DNA of 33,200 nucleotides from Salpingoeca rosetta. Taxonomy: Eukaryota > Protista > Choanoflagellata. Of the stretch, positions 11,837 to 28,605 are shown piece after piece. The position numbers were made by a program, and so were the translations under genes. Each line of letters begins with the position of its first letter. The first letter of the stretch is position 1. The notes beneath the pieces are model-generated. The model saw only the letters and a list, made by a program, of their open reading frames with translations. It was not told the origin of the DNA and did not search any database. Location: contig JAWQFM010000030.1 of assembly GCA_033442325.1 (NCBI GenBank), positions 1-33,200 of the forward strand, given 5' to 3'.

Positions 11837-12805
11837 AACAAGTGGCACGCTCGCTGGTATCTAACCTGACAAGGGCGCGGTCACTGGCTGTTGCTGTGGC
11901 TGTTGCTGTTGTTGTTGTTGCTGTTGTTGTTGCATCTGTTGTTGCTGGAACTGGTGTTGCGCCATGGACACAAACGTGGTCGACGGCATCATAGTTGGCG
12001 CCCAGCATGCTGCTGGCATTGCCTGTGACGACCAGACGGCGACAGGGGTTGGTTGTTTGAGGGTGAGCATGGTGTGAATGGTGAGGGCCACACGTGACGT
12101 TCAAGTGGTCGCACAGCACATGGTTGAGGGACAACACATGGTTGAGGCACAGCACGTGGTTGGGGTGGTGGTAGGAAGGCCGGCATGAAAGACAACAAAA
12201 CCAAGAAGCGAGGTCAAACCAAGCACAAAACAACAACGCTGTCAACTCACTTGGGAGACAGGGAAGTAGAAAGGAGCTTGCGGCATGAACCACGACCCGA
12301 CTGGCGGTGCGGCGGTTGTGGTTGTGGCGGGAAAGGAGGCGACGGTCGCCTCATGTGGCGACTGCCGCTGCTGCTGTTGGTGCTGCTGCTGTTGGTGCAG
12401 GTGGTGGTGCTGTTGCTTGGAGGAGGAGGACGCGTCGTCAGAGTCAGAGTGGGACATTTGCGAGGACGTGTTGACGGCGTGGCACAGGTGCTGCATGAGC
12501 GCGTGGGAGCCGTGCGCGGCGTCGTCCTGTGGGGTGGGCGCTGCCTTCGCCATGGGCGCTGGGTGGCCGAATGGCGGGGCGAGTTGGGGAGCCATGTTGG
12601 CGGCGGTGGCCAGGGCCATGAGGGGCTGGAACTGCGGGTGCATGTTGGGCATGAACATGGCCTGGTGTTGCGGCAGCTGGTGTTGCTGCGGCTGCGGCTG
12701 CGGCTGCTGCTGCATTGGTGGCGCTTGCGGTTGAGCGTACTGCGCAAAGGCCGGGTGGTGGGCCAAGGGAGCATATGTCGACATGGTGTCCTGGGGACCG
12801 CCCAT
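11837..12805 (-). CDS. Low-complexity Gln/His/Pro-rich protein, multi-exon and possibly degenerate; function unknown
   Basis: ATG at 12805 (MGGPQDTMSTYAPLAHH...). Exon 12805-12251 ends at a GTGAGT donor. Putative exon 12180-12115 follows. The exon from 12022 (AMPAACWAPTMM...polyQ) reaches TAG at 11863-11861, then a GTAAGC donor at 11836. Confidence 0.5.
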
Positions 12806-13697
12806 GTTGGAAGAAAGGGGGGGGGGGGAGGGCGGGTGGGTGGTGGAAAGGGAGGACAGAAGACGAAGGACGCGGGTTGATGAGAAGGGCGATAATGGGA
12901 AACGGATGCTGAGAGGGGAAGGGCGTTGACGGGGAACGGATACACGGAAGTCGGGAGGGAGTGCTGGTGGGGCGGTCGTCAGAGGGTCTTGGAAGAAAGG
13001 GCGCGTGAGATGAAAATGAAAATGAACCAGGAGAGGGCAGAACAATGGGGGTGGGGAGGCAACGACAAAACAAAAGAAACAAGGGAAGGGAGTGTGGAGA
13101 TGGACAGGCGCACGATGAGAGAAGGAGAGAACAACGGCAGAAGACAGCAGCAGCACCCTCGTGGTGATGTGATGTCAAAGGTATGCGATGACGACAGAAA
13201 TGAGTTTAAGGGGTACCGTGCACCCAAACAATTGAAGGAGGTGCGTGGCTGAATGCAGAACGATCGGGAGAAGGAAAGGAAAGGAAAGGAAGGAACGTGG
13301 GGGGGGGTGGACGAAGAGGAGAAGGAGGGAGAAGGCGGTAAGGGTAGTGCGGTCGGTGAAGGGGGCGGTCAGAAGCGTGAATGACGAAAGGACAGATGCA
13401 GCGAAGACAGCAACACGACCGACGCAGGACGCATGCTCGTGTGCGTGGTGTGGCGTGGCGTTCGTGTGTGTGGTTGCGGTGGTTGCGGTCGGAACGCAAC
13501 AACGGCATCCCTATCGTTTTAAATGGGATTGACGAAATCGCCGAAAGATAGCTGATGATATTAGACAATAATCGGCATCGCCACACGACAACGCTGCCTC
13601 GAACCAAGCAAAAGGTTTAGCTTTGGCGCTCTGGTGATGTCATTTTCTGGGAAAAGAGTTGACGCAAGTGTCGCAATGGGAACGGTGTTGCGTGGTT

Positions 13698-13701
<4 letters not shown>

Positions 13702-13775
<74 letters not shown>

Positions 13776-13859
13776 TGTGTGTGTGTGTGTGTGGTTGTGT
13801 GTGTGTGTGGTTGTGTGTGGTTGTGTGTGTGTCTGTTTATGTGTGTGTCTGTATCTGTA

Positions 13860-13897
<38 letters not shown>

Positions 13898-13935
13898 TGT
13901 GTGTGCATGTGTGTTGTGTTGTGTGTTGTGTGTTG
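13702..13935. repeat. (TG)n microsatellite-rich tract
   Basis: Long interrupted TG runs, seen directly. Confidence 0.9.
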
Positions 13936-14311
13936 CGTGAATGCTCATCACGTCATGCGAGTTCTCGGAACTGTGATGTGATGATGTGACACCAACCACA
14001 ACGACAACAAAATGATGTCAGCCACCACGGACGTCACATGACGGGAGGAACAAGAGGACTGTTCATGACGCTCTACACAATGTCACGCGGAGGAACAGAG
14101 AGTGCGTGCGTTCTATGATGAATCCTGGCAAGAGGAAGACGGTGAGGGGAAGAGAGCGAGAGGCATCGAGGGAAAGGACACTGGGTACAACGCACAGAGA
14201 GAGAGACCGAGAGAGAGAGAGAGAGAGTGAGTGAGTGAGTGAGAAAGACTGATAGACTGAGACAGAGAGTGTACAAACGCTCGTACACACACACACACAG
14301 AGCACACAAAT

Positions 14312-14346
<35 letters not shown>

Positions 14347-14423
14347 CCCCCCCCCCACACACACACACACAGCACACAGAAGTCCCCCCCCCTCCTCCCG
14401 CCCAACACTCACACACATCCCCG

Positions 14424-16001
14424 CTAGCTGGTGTGGTTGATGGGACATGATTGCACTTTGATGATGGATTCGCTGGTGGTGCCGCTGGTCTCGTTGCTGT
14501 ACGCGTCGCTCGCCTGAACGTTCCTCACGGCCTCCTCAATCGTGCGCCCGCCGAGCCGTGCGTCGCTCTTGTGCATGTACAGCGGCGTCGGCGTGCACGC
14601 ATGCAGGCTCGACAGCACCCGCTTGAAGCACTGGCGCTCGGCGTACAGACGCCGCTGCAGCGCAAACTTCATCAACGCGTGCGTGTACAGCTCGTGGTCG
14701 AGCGAGTTGCGCTGCCGCAGCACCCTCACCGCCTCCTCCCTTTCGGCAGCGGCAACGGCCGCGGCATCGTCAGCACGACCGCCATCGCCACGTCTGGGTG
14801 CTGCCACTGCCGCTGCTGCCGCCGCCGCGGCCGCGTGGTGATGCACACCCAAAGAATCACCAACACCACGGCCGCCATCCCCAACATCCCCCGTGCCACC
14901 ACGGCTGCCTGTGTGCTGCTGTGTGTGCGTGTGCGGGTTCCAGTTGGAGCAGAGGTTGATGTGCTGCAGCTGCCGGCCCACCTTCTCCTCCAGCCAGCAG
15001 TTGAGGATGGCCAAGCTCTCGTTGTAGCGGTCCGCAAGCAGCACCACGTCCAGTGCCGACAGCATGTCCAGCCCAACCCGCAGCACGCGCGAGCGCTCCT
15101 CCTCGTCCAGCGTGCCGAGCGGGCGGTACGTGTCGCTCAGGTGCTGGAGCTGGTAGTTCATGGCCATCTCGGTCGAGGTTGAGGTGGCAAACTGGTGCAG
15201 CGTCATGTTCCCAGCCGCCAGGTCGCGCACCGCGTCCCCACACACGTGCACGTGGCCCACATACGCGCACCCCTTGACCACCTTCTTCTTGTGGATGTCG
15301 CTGCTCCGGCCCAGGCTCGTGCTGAACGCGGAGAGCACGCGCGCCGTCGGCTCCCGCAAAATCGTCGTCAGCAGCTGCACGTCCTTCGGGCGCTCCTGCT
15401 TGGCCTCCTCGTACATCTTGCGCACGTGCCAGGCCTTGGAGTGCCCCCGCGTCACCGCCGACAGCACATCGGCCAGCGGCTGCGGCAGGCGCCTGCTGAA
15501 CTTGGGCCGCATCCCGTTGCTCGAGAACGTGCACCGAATCGTGCGCCCACCGGCCTTGCGCAGGTGAATCAGAAACACGTCAACCCGCGGCAGCGACGCG
15601 TCCAGCTCGTTCTGGCGCACTTTCGGCGCAATGGCATCCAGGAAACCCATGGTCGTCGCTGCCGCCGTCGACGTTGACGTCGTCTCTGCTGCTGGTGCAC
15701 CGCCCCTGCCACCTCCGTGCAAACCGTCCTTTATGCCTTCTATGCTGCTGATGGTGTTGGCGGCAGCGTTGGCGCCGCCGTTGTCGTCGTCGTCGTCGTC
15801 TTCATAATCGCCGTCGGCGGGATCATCGTCGTCATCTGCCACAATCGACAACAGAGACCTTCGGTGCTGTGGCTGTGGTTGCTGTTGTTGTAGTTGTTGC
15901 TGTGTGGGTGCTGGCGCGCATGACGTAAGCGCTTGAAGTGAAAACAGCACGAGGAGGAGGAAGAGGATATGGCAGCGGAGAGGTCGGTGTTCCCGCCGCA
16001 T
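14424..16001 (-). CDS. Golgi-type PAPS-dependent sulfotransferase (Gal-3-O-ST / Sulfotransfer_2-like), single exon, 525 aa
   Basis: N-terminal hydrophobic segment ILFLLLVLFSLQALTSC and an acidic stem. 5'-PSB-like FLIHLRKAGGRTI, 3'-PB-like TILREPTARVLSAF and C-terminal NSLDHELY are present. Confidence 0.85.
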   Translation of the reverse strand: MRREHRPLRCHILFLLLVLFSLQALTSCAPAPTQQQLQQQQPQPQHRRSLLSIVADDDDDPADGDYEDDDDDDNGGANAAANTISSIEGIKDGLHGGGRGGAPAAETTSTSTAAATTMGFLDAIAPKVRQNELDASLPRVDVFLIHLRKAGGRTIRCTFSSNGMRPKFSRRLPQPLADVLSAVTRGHSKAWHVRKMYEEAKQERPKDVQLLTTILREPTARVLSAFSTSLGRSSDIHKKKVVKGCAYVGHVHVCGDAVRDLAAGNMTLHQFATSTSTEMAMNYQLQHLSDTYRPLGTLDEEERSRVLRVGLDMLSALDVVLLADRYNESLAILNCWLEEKVGRQLQHINLCSNWNPHTHTQQHTGSRGGTGDVGDGGRGVGDSLGVHHHAAAAAAAAAVAAPRRGDGGRADDAAAVAAAEREEAVRVLRQRNSLDHELYTHALMKFALQRRLYAERQCFKRVLSSLHACTPTPLYMHKSDARLGGRTIEEAVRNVQASDAYSNETSGTTSESIIKVQSCPINHTS

Positions 16002-16246
16002 GGTAGGTGTGTGTGTGCGTGTGTGTGTGTGTGTGTGTGTGCGTGTGTGTGTGTGTGTGTGTGTCGTGTGTGTGTGTGTGTNNNNNNNNNNNNNNNNNNN
16101 NNNNNNNNNNNNNNNNNNNNNNNNNNNNNNNNNNNNNNNNNNNNNNNNNNNNNNNNNNNNNNNNNNNNNNNNNNNNNNNNNGACATTGTGGGGGGTAGGG
16201 TAATATGTCGACGGCCTTAATCAATGTGATCATTGGGCCAGTTGGG

Positions 16247-16297
<51 letters not shown>

Positions 16298-16488
16298 TGT
16301 TTGTGTGTGTGTGTGTGAGCGACAGCCCTCCTTCGTTTCAGGCACCAAAAAAGAGCGCAAGTTGGGAAAAGTAGCAATAATTTCCATTGGAAATCTCGAG
16401 CCTCCAACGACAAGACAACACAAACAAGCAAGCAAGCACCCCCCCCCCCCCTCCTCTCTCTGTGTCACTCTCGCTTCACTTCTCTTTG

Positions 16489-17780
16489 ATGGCGCCGTGC
16501 ATGTCGCTGGCGGCCCTGGCCTCCTGGCGGTGCTGGTGCTGATTTGTGGTGTGGGGAGTGAGGTGGCCATTGACAGCGATGAGCGCGGGGCACTGCACAT
16601 CAACACGAGCGACCCTGTACGTGCGCCCGTGCTATTCAACGGGGTGGATGTGTGGGAATTGTCTCGGTGGGTGCAGGCGCAAGCAGCGGCGCTGTCAACG
16701 CAGGTAGCAGCGCTGTCAACACAAACGAAGCAGCTTCAGGCACAACAAAGCACCACCGCAGCGCTTAGCGCGAAGCTGGACCAGCTGGAAGCGGTCACCT
16801 GTTCCAAGATTGACCCATCCACGGATACAACCATGCTCACGGACATTGGCACTGAGGGGAGTGCGGACTGGCGTGCCGCCGTCCTGGCCAGCAACGGCCT
16901 CATCTACTGCATTCCTCACAACGCAGCATCCGTGCTCATCATCGACCCTGACACGAACACTGCTGACACAACAACCATTGCCGGCCTTGAGCTGGGCGGC
17001 GGCAAATGGAATGGCGGGGTTCACGCAAGCAACGGCCTCATCTACGGGATACCCGGGAATCGCGAGCAAGTGCTCATCATCGACCCCGCCGCAAACTTGA
17101 CAGACACCACCAGCATCACTGGCCTGCCATCCACCTCGCAGAAATGGTTCGGCGCCGTACAGGCGCACAACGGCCTCATCTACGGCATCCCCTGGGCTGC
17201 GTCTTCCGTGCTCGTCCTGGATCCAGTAACCAACTCCACAGACACAACCAGCATGGCCGGCTTTGATGAAGTCGGGGGCAAGTGGTACGATGGTGTGCTC
17301 GCAAACAGCGGGCTCATCTACTGCACCCCACGTGACTCGGCAGCTGTGCTCATCATCGACCCGACCACGAACACGGCCGATGTGACGTCCATCTCGGGCC
17401 TGCACGGCCCAGCCAAGTGGCAAGGCAGCGTGCTTGCAGCCAACGGTCTCATCTACGGCATTCCACGCGCAGCATCATCCGTGCTTATTGTTGACCCGGC
17501 TACAAACACGGCCGACACGACCTCCATCAGTGGCCTCGCCAGCGACCCGAACAAGTGGGTTGGCGGGGTACTGGCGCCAGATGGGCGGATCTTTGGCGTC
17601 CCATTCTCTGCCGCTGCTGTGCTCATCATCGACCCTGCCACCAGCTCATTTGACGTGTCCTCGCTGCCTGTGTCTGATGACATCGCCAAGTGGTACTCTG
17701 GCGTGCTTGCCGACAATGGCCTCATCTATGGCGTCCCGTTCTTCTCGAACTCTGCCTTGATCATCCATCCAGGCTGTTGA
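16489..17780 (+). CDS. Secreted 7-bladed beta-propeller protein with an N-terminal GxLxINTxDP/NGVDV module and coiled coil; apparent 1-nt frameshift in the signal peptide
   Basis: Seven ~46-aa repeats KW.G.VLA.NGLIYGIP..A..VLIIDP.T...DTT. ATG at 16489 gives MAPCMSLAALA, one base out of frame with LLAVLVLICGVGS (from 16521). Stop at 17778-17780. Confidence 0.8.
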
Positions 17781-18437
17781 GGCGTTGCGTTTGTGTGTGT
17801 GTGTGGGGGGGAGGGAAAGAGGGGTCCTGGTGGTGGTTACTGTGTGATTGCTTGGAATCACCTCCCATCACCTTCAAAGCTACGTCCCTTCTTCCTGTCT
17901 TGCCCATTTCTCTCTCGTTGACTAGCTTCATTGCGAAGCACACGCTGTTCGGCTCTGTCCCTCGTGCACTGCTACAATGTCTCTCCAAGTTGACCCAATT
18001 AAACGCACTTACTCCTTGTACTGACATGACATACGACTCGAGGATCAAAGCTGGAAGGACGGAGGGAAAGTGGCGGGTAGAACACCACACTCAGCCTGCC
18101 ACCGCGCAGCAGGAGAGAGCAGACGCAACAAGAACAATCAACAGCAAAGCAACAAACACGCAATGCACACGAGATACTAACCTAACGCAGGCAGCGAACT
18201 GCAAACAAAAGCAAACAAGTACATAAAGAACCGCGTGCAAAGGAACAAAAGGCTAAACAGAGCACAAACCTCAGAGGCAGCCAGGCATGGACAGGCGAGC
18301 AGGAAGAACAAGAGCAATGACACGACTCTGAGGCAAGCGGCCTGACAGAAGAACAGAAGGGGAGACGATGTGATGCAAGCCAAACAACAAAAACAAATTG
18401 GCCGTGGCAGTTGACACGTCACATAGGACACGTGGCG

Positions 18438-24195
<5,758 letters not shown>

Positions 24196-24289
24196 CTGTG
24201 CACACAAGAGAAGAGAGAGGGAGAGGGGGAGAGAGAGAGAGAGAGGGAGAGAGAGAGAGAGAGGGAGAGAGAGAGAGAGAGAGAGAGAG

Positions 24290-24389
24290 NNNNNNNNNNN
24301 NNNNNNNNNNNNNNNNNNNNNNNNNNNNNNNNNNNNNNNNNNNNNNNNNNNNNNNNNNNNNNNNNNNNNNNNNNNNNNNNNNNNNNNNN
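24290..24389. other. Assembly gap (100 N) joining the ROCO gene to the middle of 28S
   Basis: N run. Other gaps are at 11624-11723, 16082-16181, 26361-26853 and 29603-30283. Confidence 0.99.
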
Positions 24390-24977
24390 ATTCCCCCTAT
24401 TCCCCCCCACAATGCAGCTCGTTAAAAAGAAAAGAAAACTCTTTCCAGGGCCCCCGGCAGCGTCTCCGAGTTTGTACGCGTTGCCGCTGCTCTATCAAAA
24501 CATTCTTTGTGGCGTGCGTTGGTCCAGGAATCTTAACCTGGTTCCCTTTCGATGGACTGGGGTAATATACACGTGTGCAAGCATGGCGATAATATCACCA
24601 CCACCCACACACACGCAACAACTCCCCACTTGACACAGGACTGCCCCATCTCTTAGGACCGACTCACCCGTGGCCAACTGCTGTTCCCACGGAACCTTGC
24701 TCCACTTCAGTCTTCAAAGCTCTCATTTGAATCGTTGCTACTGTCACCAAGATCTGCACTGGAGGCCCCTCCACCCAGGCTCACGCCACAGGCTTCCACG
24801 GCTTGTTCAAAAGATTGCTCTCACGCAAACACCTCCACGCCCACCTACTTGTGTGTGGCTACATGTAGTTTTGAGACGCAACAAGCACGAATGCTCGCTT
24901 CGCTCGCTTTCTTTCTTCCACACACAGCGGAGTATAGGTACGACGCTTGAGCGCCATCCATTTTCAGGGCTAGTTGA

Positions 24978-25011
<34 letters not shown>

Positions 25012-25253
25012 ATTCCGACTTCCATGGCCACCGTCCTGCTGTCTATATCAACCAACACCTTTTGTGGGTTCTCATGAGCGTCGATTCCGGCACCCTAACT
25101 CCGCGTTCGGTTCATCCCGCATCGCCAGTTCTGCTTACCAAAAATGGCCCACTTGAGACTCGGTTATTCAGCATTGCCCGCTTCATAAACAAAGAAAGCG
25201 CGCCGCCTTACCCATTTAAAGTTTGAGAATAGGTTGAGGGAAGTGGCTCCCCC

Positions 25254-25284
<31 letters not shown>

Positions 25285-26238
25285 AACTAACCAAAAGTTC
25301 AAAAAATAAGTCTCAGCTATCCTGAGGGAAACTTCGGTGGGAACCAGCTACTAGATGGTTCGATGAGTCTTTCGCCCCTATACCCAAGTTCGACGACAGA
25401 TTTGCACGTCATGATCGCTACGAGCCTCCACCAGAGTTTCCTCTGGCTTCGCCCTACTCAGGCATAGTTCACCATCTATCGGGTCCTAACATCTGCGCTA
25501 AAACGCAAATCCTTCAGCGGAGGAGGTGGAGCCACACAAAAGTGCTTTTCCCCCTCCCCCAATCCAGATCGGTCGATGGTGCTGCGAGTGCTGCTGTTCA
25601 AAGTGTACTCACGCACACTTCCCAACACTGCATCCCACCTCTCACTTTCATTGCGCGCCCTAGCTTCATGCTCGCTAAAACACTCGCGCACATGTTAGAC
25701 TCCTTGGTCCGTGTTTCAAGACGGGCCGTTTGCAGCCCTGTCGCCAGCATCTCCCCGGTGGTGTGCGCCAAGCGGCAAGCGCAACATTCCCAACACCGCC
25801 CGCACACACTCTGTCAACAGCACAAGAGAACGAGTCTCCCATGCCAAAACAAGAGTCTGCGCAACACAATGCCGAAAACAGCACCCATGCCAAAGACCAC
25901 ATAACAAAGCCACCGCATCGATAAATTCCTCGGTCCCGCGTGCGACAAAAAGACAAAAAGCAGATGCGCCACGCACAAGGGCGCCCTCGCATCGCCGTCT
26001 CTCACACACAAAACTCATGCTGGCAGACACGCCCCGCGAGTGCAGGCAGCGCAGCACACAACAACAGCAACGCAGCGGCGCATGTGCAACAAGTGCACAC
26101 AATACACCCCCCGCACCGTCATCACACACCACACCAAAAACCCTGATCACAAGGCGCGCCCAGTCTCTGCTAGCTGCAAGCGATTCTCTGTCAACGGTTT
26201 CACGTACTGTTTAACTCTCTTTTCAAAGTGCTTTTCAT

Positions 26239-26272
<34 letters not shown>

Positions 26273-26360
26273 GTGCCAGTATTTAGCCTTGGATGCAGTT
26301 TACCACCCGGCTTTGGCTGCATTCCCAAACACCCGACTCAGAGAATAAACGGACCACACA
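24390..26360 (-). rRNA. 28S rRNA: 28S (LSU) rRNA, partial (5' half), bounded by gaps on both sides
   Basis: Reverse complements of conserved LSU segments: CCCTCACGGTACTTGTTCGCTATCGG, TCCTTGGTCCGTGTTTCAAGACG, TCCTGAGGGAAACTTCGG, GGTTCATCCCGCATCGCCAGTTCTGCTTACC and CCACTTCAGTCTTCAAAG. Confidence 0.97.
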
Positions 26361-26853
26361 NNNNNNNNNNNNNNNNNNNNNNNNNNNNNNNNNNNNNNNN
26401 NNNNNNNNNNNNNNNNNNNNNNNNNNNNNNNNNNNNNNNNNNNNNNNNNNNNNNNNNNNNNNNNNNNNNNNNNNNNNNNNNNNNNNNNNNNNNNNNNNNN
26501 NNNNNNNNNNNNNNNNNNNNNNNNNNNNNNNNNNNNNNNNNNNNNNNNNNNNNNNNNNNNNNNNNNNNNNNNNNNNNNNNNNNNNNNNNNNNNNNNNNNN
26601 NNNNNNNNNNNNNNNNNNNNNNNNNNNNNNNNNNNNNNNNNNNNNNNNNNNNNNNNNNNNNNNNNNNNNNNNNNNNNNNNNNNNNNNNNNNNNNNNNNNN
26701 NNNNNNNNNNNNNNNNNNNNNNNNNNNNNNNNNNNNNNNNNNNNNNNNNNNNNNNNNNNNNNNNNNNNNNNNNNNNNNNNNNNNNNNNNNNNNNNNNNNN
26801 NNNNNNNNNNNNNNNNNNNNNNNNNNNNNNNNNNNNNNNNNNNNNNNNNNNNN

Positions 26854-27559
26854 TTCAGTGTTTTTGCTCACATGACCAGTGTCACAAAAGCCACATAAAT
26901 GATGTCAAGCACACAAGTGCACATGCCTCTGCACATACACACACAGCATACACACACGCTGCAGAACAACGATGCCAGTTGACACATCGCTCCACAGCTT
27001 GGTGTATCCTGATGCATATGCAGATACATCATGCGTGTGCTTGCCGTGGTCTCGCAACAACGGCACCCACACAGCGACAGTGAGTGATGACAACAGTATG
27101 AGAGTAGAGAAGTGGGATGTGTGTGTGCGTGTGACACATCAACATCGACAACACAACGCACAAGGCATTGTATCATCGTGCAATGCAATCCACATGCTCC
27201 ACACACAAACTCCCACTCCATCTTCTTCTTCACAGTCATCATCACAGTTATCATCGCAATGGAGTCGTAAGCTCTCCTCTTCAGAGTCCAGTCTCACACA
27301 ATACACACACACAGCAAAAATGTGTGTGTGCACCGCATCGACTAACACCCCATGGCCACCAACAATGCACAGTGTGCAAATGAGATATGAGTGCATGCAT
27401 GCGTGGGCGCTTCTTCATACTGCGACACAACAACAAACAAACACCACACCAACAAAGGTGCGCTGCTGCTGCTGCATAGTTGCAGTAATCAAATACACCC
27501 ACACACATACTCACATCCTCATAAGCACACTAAAACGCATTGTCAATGAGATTGAGTGG
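26854..27559 (-). other. ITS2 (at least 700 nt; 3' end in a gap)
   Basis: Lies between the 5.8S 3' end and the gap that hides the start of 28S. Confidence 0.8.
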
Positions 27560-27744
27560 CGACACTCAGGCAGACATGCCCGCACGCACAGACACGCACA
27601 CAATGGCGCATGCCCACACACACAGGCGCAATGTGCGTTCGAAGATTCAATGATTCACGGAATTCTGCAATTCACACTACATTTCGCGTCTTGCCACGTT
27701 CTTCATCGATGCACGAGCCAAGAGATCCACCGTTGAAAGTTGTC
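27560..27744 (-). rRNA. 5.8S rRNA: 5.8S rRNA (~185 nt, with an enlarged hairpin)
   Basis: The minus strand reads ACAACTTTCAACGGTGGATCTCTTGGCTCG...CATCGATGAAGAACG...GAATTGCAGAATTCCGTGAATCAT...GGGCATGTCTGCCTGAGTGTC. Confidence 0.95.
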
Positions 27745-28408
27745 TCATGGTTTTTATTTGGTTGTGTTGAATGAGATGTTGAGATGGAGGTGAGAGTGGT
27801 TGCACTGTGCACATGTGTTTGTGTATGTGTATTTCCAACGCACAATGTTTGTTGGCACACACAAACACAACACATCACAACGCTCTCTCTCTTTCTCTCA
27901 CTCACTCGTTTGTGGTTATCATGTATGTACGTATGTCCACAGCACAGCACACGCCTTTTGGTTGCTGTTGCTGCAACAAGATGCTTTCGCCCACACTGTC
28001 GTGTGTGTGCAATCGCTGCCGCTGCCACAACAACAATCCAAAACACACGCTTGCTTGCTGTGTTCATTTCTTCTTCTTCTTCTTTGCACGAGGCAAACAA
28101 TATGACATCGCACACACGCACACAAGAACACTGCCATCGCAATGCAACACACACAATATGCGTGCTCCACTGCGACACACAATGCTCATGCACGCATGCA
28201 CATGCTTTTGCTTTGTTTTTGTCTTCATTCACACAATGCTCACTCCCACACACACAAAAGCGTGCGAGAGCGATTTGGTTGGTTGGTTGGCTCAGTTGGC
28301 TCGGTTGGCTCAGTCCAGTGTCTCCACCTTCCCTCACCATTCCTCACCATCCCTCACCAATTCTCACCTTCCTTTCACCAACCACGCTTTTCAACGTTTT
28401 CCTTGTTG
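27745..28408 (-). other. ITS1 (~660 nt)
   Basis: Lies between the 18S 3' end (GGATCATT) and the 5.8S start. Confidence 0.85.
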
Positions 28409-28409
28409 G

Positions 28410-28466
<57 letters not shown>

Positions 28467-28559
28467 AATGATCAAGTTTGACCAGGTTCTCAGCAAAGAA
28501 ACACATGGGCAGCTGTTGCCAGCGCCCACGCGCCAATCCCGAGGCCTCACTAAACCATT

Positions 28560-28605
<46 letters not shown>

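Noticed and set aside
13634-14448. ORFs of poly-CV / poly-HT / poly-SL
   Set aside because: These are translations of (TG)n, (CA)n and (GA)n microsatellites.
16233-16488. 5' extension of the 515-aa ORF
   Set aside because: It has a non-ATG start and runs through a TG microsatellite and poly-C. ATG 16489 with a 1-nt frameshift gives a much better signal peptide.
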